This document shows positions 60,895 to 64,000 of a stretch of DNA of 64,000 nt, piece after piece. How positions within the stretch are numbered: the first letter of the stretch is position 1; the number at the start of each line of letters is the position of its first letter. The position numbers and the translations under genes were made by a program. Location: contig NC_052157.1 in assembly GCF_902713615.1 (NCBI RefSeq), positions 56,819,790 through 56,883,789 on the forward strand, given 5' to 3'. The notes beneath the pieces are model-generated. The model was not told where the DNA came from. It was given only the letters and a program-made list of their open reading frames with translations, and did not search any database. Source of the DNA: Scyliorhinus canicula. Taxonomy: Eukaryota.

Positions 60895-61904
60895 ATACTT
60901 TATTTGAGAGGTGTTTAATATCTCCCTGAACATCCGCCATTGTTCCTCAACTGTCCAACCCTCAATTATTTGTGCCCAGTCTACTTGGGCCAACTCTTTC
61001 CTCAGGCCTGTATAATTACCTCGGCCCCACGCTAAAACTCTGTCCTCTCTCACTCAATCTGAATTTGAAATTCTAGCATGCTGTGATCACTCCATCCAAG
61101 AAGATCCTTAACACAAGACTATTTATCAACCCTTATTTGTTACATAATACTAAATCTAAAATAGCCTGCTCTCTGGTTGTCTCCATAACATATTGCTTGA
61201 AGGAACAATCCCTCATACACTCTATGAAATCTTCCTCGTGCTACCCTTGCCAATTTGAATAGTTCAATCAATATGCATATTAAAATCGCCCATGATTACT
61301 TTTGTGCCCTTCTCACAAGCCCTGGTTATTTTTTGATTTATACTATGTCCCACTTTGGAAGTATTGCTCGAAGGCCTATAAATTGCACTACCAAGAAGAT
61401 TTTCCCTTGTTTTCTATTTCCACCCAGATCGATTCAACATTTTGGCCCTGAGTGCCAACATGATTTCTTAATGCAGCCTTGGTGTAATCTTTAACAAATA
61501 AAACAACTCTACCTCCTATTCCATCCTGTCTATCCTTGCGGAATGCTGAGTACCGTTGGGCATTCAACTCCCAGTCCTGGTCCTCCTGCAGCCATGTTTC
61601 AGTGATCCCCACCAAATCATACCCATTTGCCTCTTTGTGCCCTCAGCTCATTGAATTTATTCCGAATACTGAGTGCATTTAGGTACAAGGTTTATAAATA
61701 TGTCCTACTGATTTGCCTTCCCCTTGCAGGATTTTTTTGTGCACTCCACTTTTCAGACATTCTGACCTCCTTTATTAATCTCTGATAACACTCAGCATCA
61801 TCCCTAAATTTTGCTCTCAGTCTCCTTAGATTTTGATTTTTTACGTTTTGTATCTCCTCTGTAGTCGTTAGACTGGCCCTGCCTGTTTATCCTATTAACA
61901 TTTC

Positions 61905-62250
61905 ACAGCATTTACAGTGCAGAAGGAAGCCATTCAGCCCATCGAGTCTGCACCGGCCCTTGGAAAGAGCACCCTACTTAAGCCCCGTGCCTCCACCCTA
62001 TCCCCTTTATCCCCGTAAGCCAGTAACCCCACTTAACCTTTCCTGGACACTGAGGGAAATTTAGAATAGCCAATCCACCTGATCTGCACGTCTTTGGACT
62101 GTGGGAGAAAACCGCAGCACCCGGAGGAAACCCACGCACACACGGGGAGGATGTGCAGACTTCGCACAGACAGTGACCCAAGCCAGGAATCGAACTGGGA
62201 CCCTGGAGCTGTGAAGCAACCGTGATAACCACTGTGCTACCATGCTGCCC
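61905..62250 (-). mobile_element. HE1-type V-SINE
   Basis: Head, V-domain and tail. Confidence 0.88.
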
Positions 62251-63399
62251 TAACCTCTACCTTCCCCTCACATACCAACCTGCTGTTTTGGTACCCTTTA
62301 ACCATTATACCTCTTGTAGCTTTACTGTTCCCTTCCACCCCACTTGCTAGTTGAAAGTCCTATTTATCCTTTCCACTAGAACACTGGTCCCAGATCAGTT
62401 CAGGTGGAGACTGTCCCAATGGTGCAGATCACTCCTGTCCCAATGCTGATGCCAATGCCCCATGGAATGGAACCCCTCCTCCCCTCCTTCCCTCACCATT
62501 CCTTTAGCCACGTGTTTACTTCCTTAATTTTCTCATCCCTATGCCAATTTGCAAAGGTCTTGGGTAGTGATCCACAGATTATAACCCGTGAAGACCTGTT
62601 CTTTAATTTTGTTCCTAGTTCCTGATAATCCCCAAACAGGTCTTCTTTCATAGCCTTGCCTATATTGTTTGTCCCAACATGGACCACAATAACTGGATCC
62701 TCAAGCCGGTTCAAGCCAGTTGGAGATGTTTGTCACCCTGGTTCCGGGCAGGCAGCATGTCACGCGGCACTCTGGGTCCTGTTTGCAAAGGATGCTATCA
62801 GTTCCCCTAATTATATAATTCCCTCAACTATTATCTTTTTGCACCTCCACCGTCTCCGCTGCTTGAATGGCCACCCCTACCATGGTACAATGGTCGGCTC
62901 GCTCATCCTCCCTACAGTCCTTTTCCTCACCTACAAAGGGAGCAAGGTCCTCATACATGTTGGACAAGGTCAAGAGCTGAGGCTCTTCCATTTCTGAATT
63001 TAGGATCCCTCCATCTGCCTCACTCACAGTCACACTCTACTGTTAACACACTGCTGTCCCTGACCACTGGCTGAATTTGAGGTACTTAATTGGCAGGATG
63101 CGAACACCTGACTGTTTCAGCCCTCCCTCCTCCTCCCCTTAACACATCATCCCACTAATTGGGATCTGACCATCTGACTAAGGTTAAGCACAATATCTCT
63201 CATTATCTACTCCCCAGGAGACCTTCTTTCTGTCAAGAAAGTTCCATTAGCTGTACTTCAGCAAACAATATCCACGGCTGGAATGAATTATGATCTGACT
63301 TTTATGGTGCTTTAATTGCACCTCTGTAGCCCCAAACTCTAGCTGCCTTTCAACCCAGGATTCTTTTAAAACTATTACTGCAGCAGTCAGATACACACC

Positions 63400-64000
63400 C
63401 GATCTCAGACTTTTAACCATTAATGTCCCAGCTGCGTACGATATAATCTATGTGAAATTCCTACATTCATCAAAGCACATCTTCCACATGTCTTGTGGGA
63501 TTTTGGGATTCAAGTGCGGGCATCAACAGTTGGAGTTGTCCCGAGGGCCTGTAACCATCATCAGCCTGCAAGGATCCCTTCATACTTATGTCCATCCTTG
63601 AGAAGCTCTTCGACGCTACACGATTTGGACCTGTCTAGCAGATCTTCTTGGACACTTCCAGGGGAGTGGATGCGATCACCAACTCAACAATTCTGTCTGC
63701 TCGCTCTGCGTTTGAAAATTCACAGTATGCACTCTTTTCTCTGCACCTGTTGACAACGTGGTCTACAGATTATATAGGCTGCTGGCGAAATAACAGGAAA
63801 TCTGACCAATAAATACAGAATTTTAACTTGAATTTGATTCAGTCTTCCAATGTCGCCCATGCCTTTTGGGGATGGTTTCACTCTTCTGCTGTTATTCCCC
63901 ATGTTTCAGTCTGTGTCGACCTTCGTTCCCAATTGCTGGATGAGCTTTAGTGGCTTGCCCGTCTGGTTCAGACACACCTGAATCAAGAAACCACAATGTC
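63400..64000 (-). mobile_element. Gypsy gag remnant
   Basis: Decayed gag-like translation (...IGNEGRHRL...) with stops; may belong to the fragmented element spanning 52750-57900. Confidence 0.5.

Larger units (their letters stand above)
57905..63350 (-). mobile_element. Decayed near-full-length CR1 LINE (ORF1 esterase-like domain plus ORF2)
   Basis: EDPVIVVHVGTNNIG...INGMLAFI-type motifs (ORF1: VHVGTNNIGK; ORF2: VGITETWLQEDQDW, KKANGMLAFIAKG, LVRLHLEYCVQFW); nested SINEs and a MITE. Confidence 0.9.

Noticed and set aside
52391-64000. Downstream C-domain, TM or cytoplasmic exons of the Ig gene
   Set aside because: None found; the region is accounted for by CR1, Gypsy, SINE and MITE sequence.

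Overview
Repeat-dense vertebrate DNA with four N gaps. The HE1/V-SINEs, Deu-type SINEs, CR1/L2/Rex1 LINEs, Penelope, Ty3/Gypsy and Harbinger elements point to a cartilaginous fish, probably a shark (inference). Most of the window is nested, decayed transposable elements. The one convincing host gene is on the + strand and encodes a non-rearranging, germline-joined VJ-type immunoglobulin-superfamily V domain (NCR3/NKp30-like or antigen-receptor-like). Three phase-compatible exons can be reconstructed: 29948-30019, 46371-46407 and 52037-52390. A RUNX/E-box/ETS/CCAAT cluster lies just upstream, and any downstream C/TM/tail exons are not in the window. Other notable structure: a 36-37 bp minisatellite that appears to have expanded from L2 ORF2 and brackets the leader exon in inverted orientation; a minimal hammerhead-ribozyme motif with a U3-A8 covariation in a Penelope-derived insert; a Gypsy-in-Gypsy nest with intact TSDs; tandem Harbinger remnants with their MITEs; and SINEs with swapped 3' tails. 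Family assignments come from recognised motifs, not database searches, and boundaries of decayed elements are approximate.
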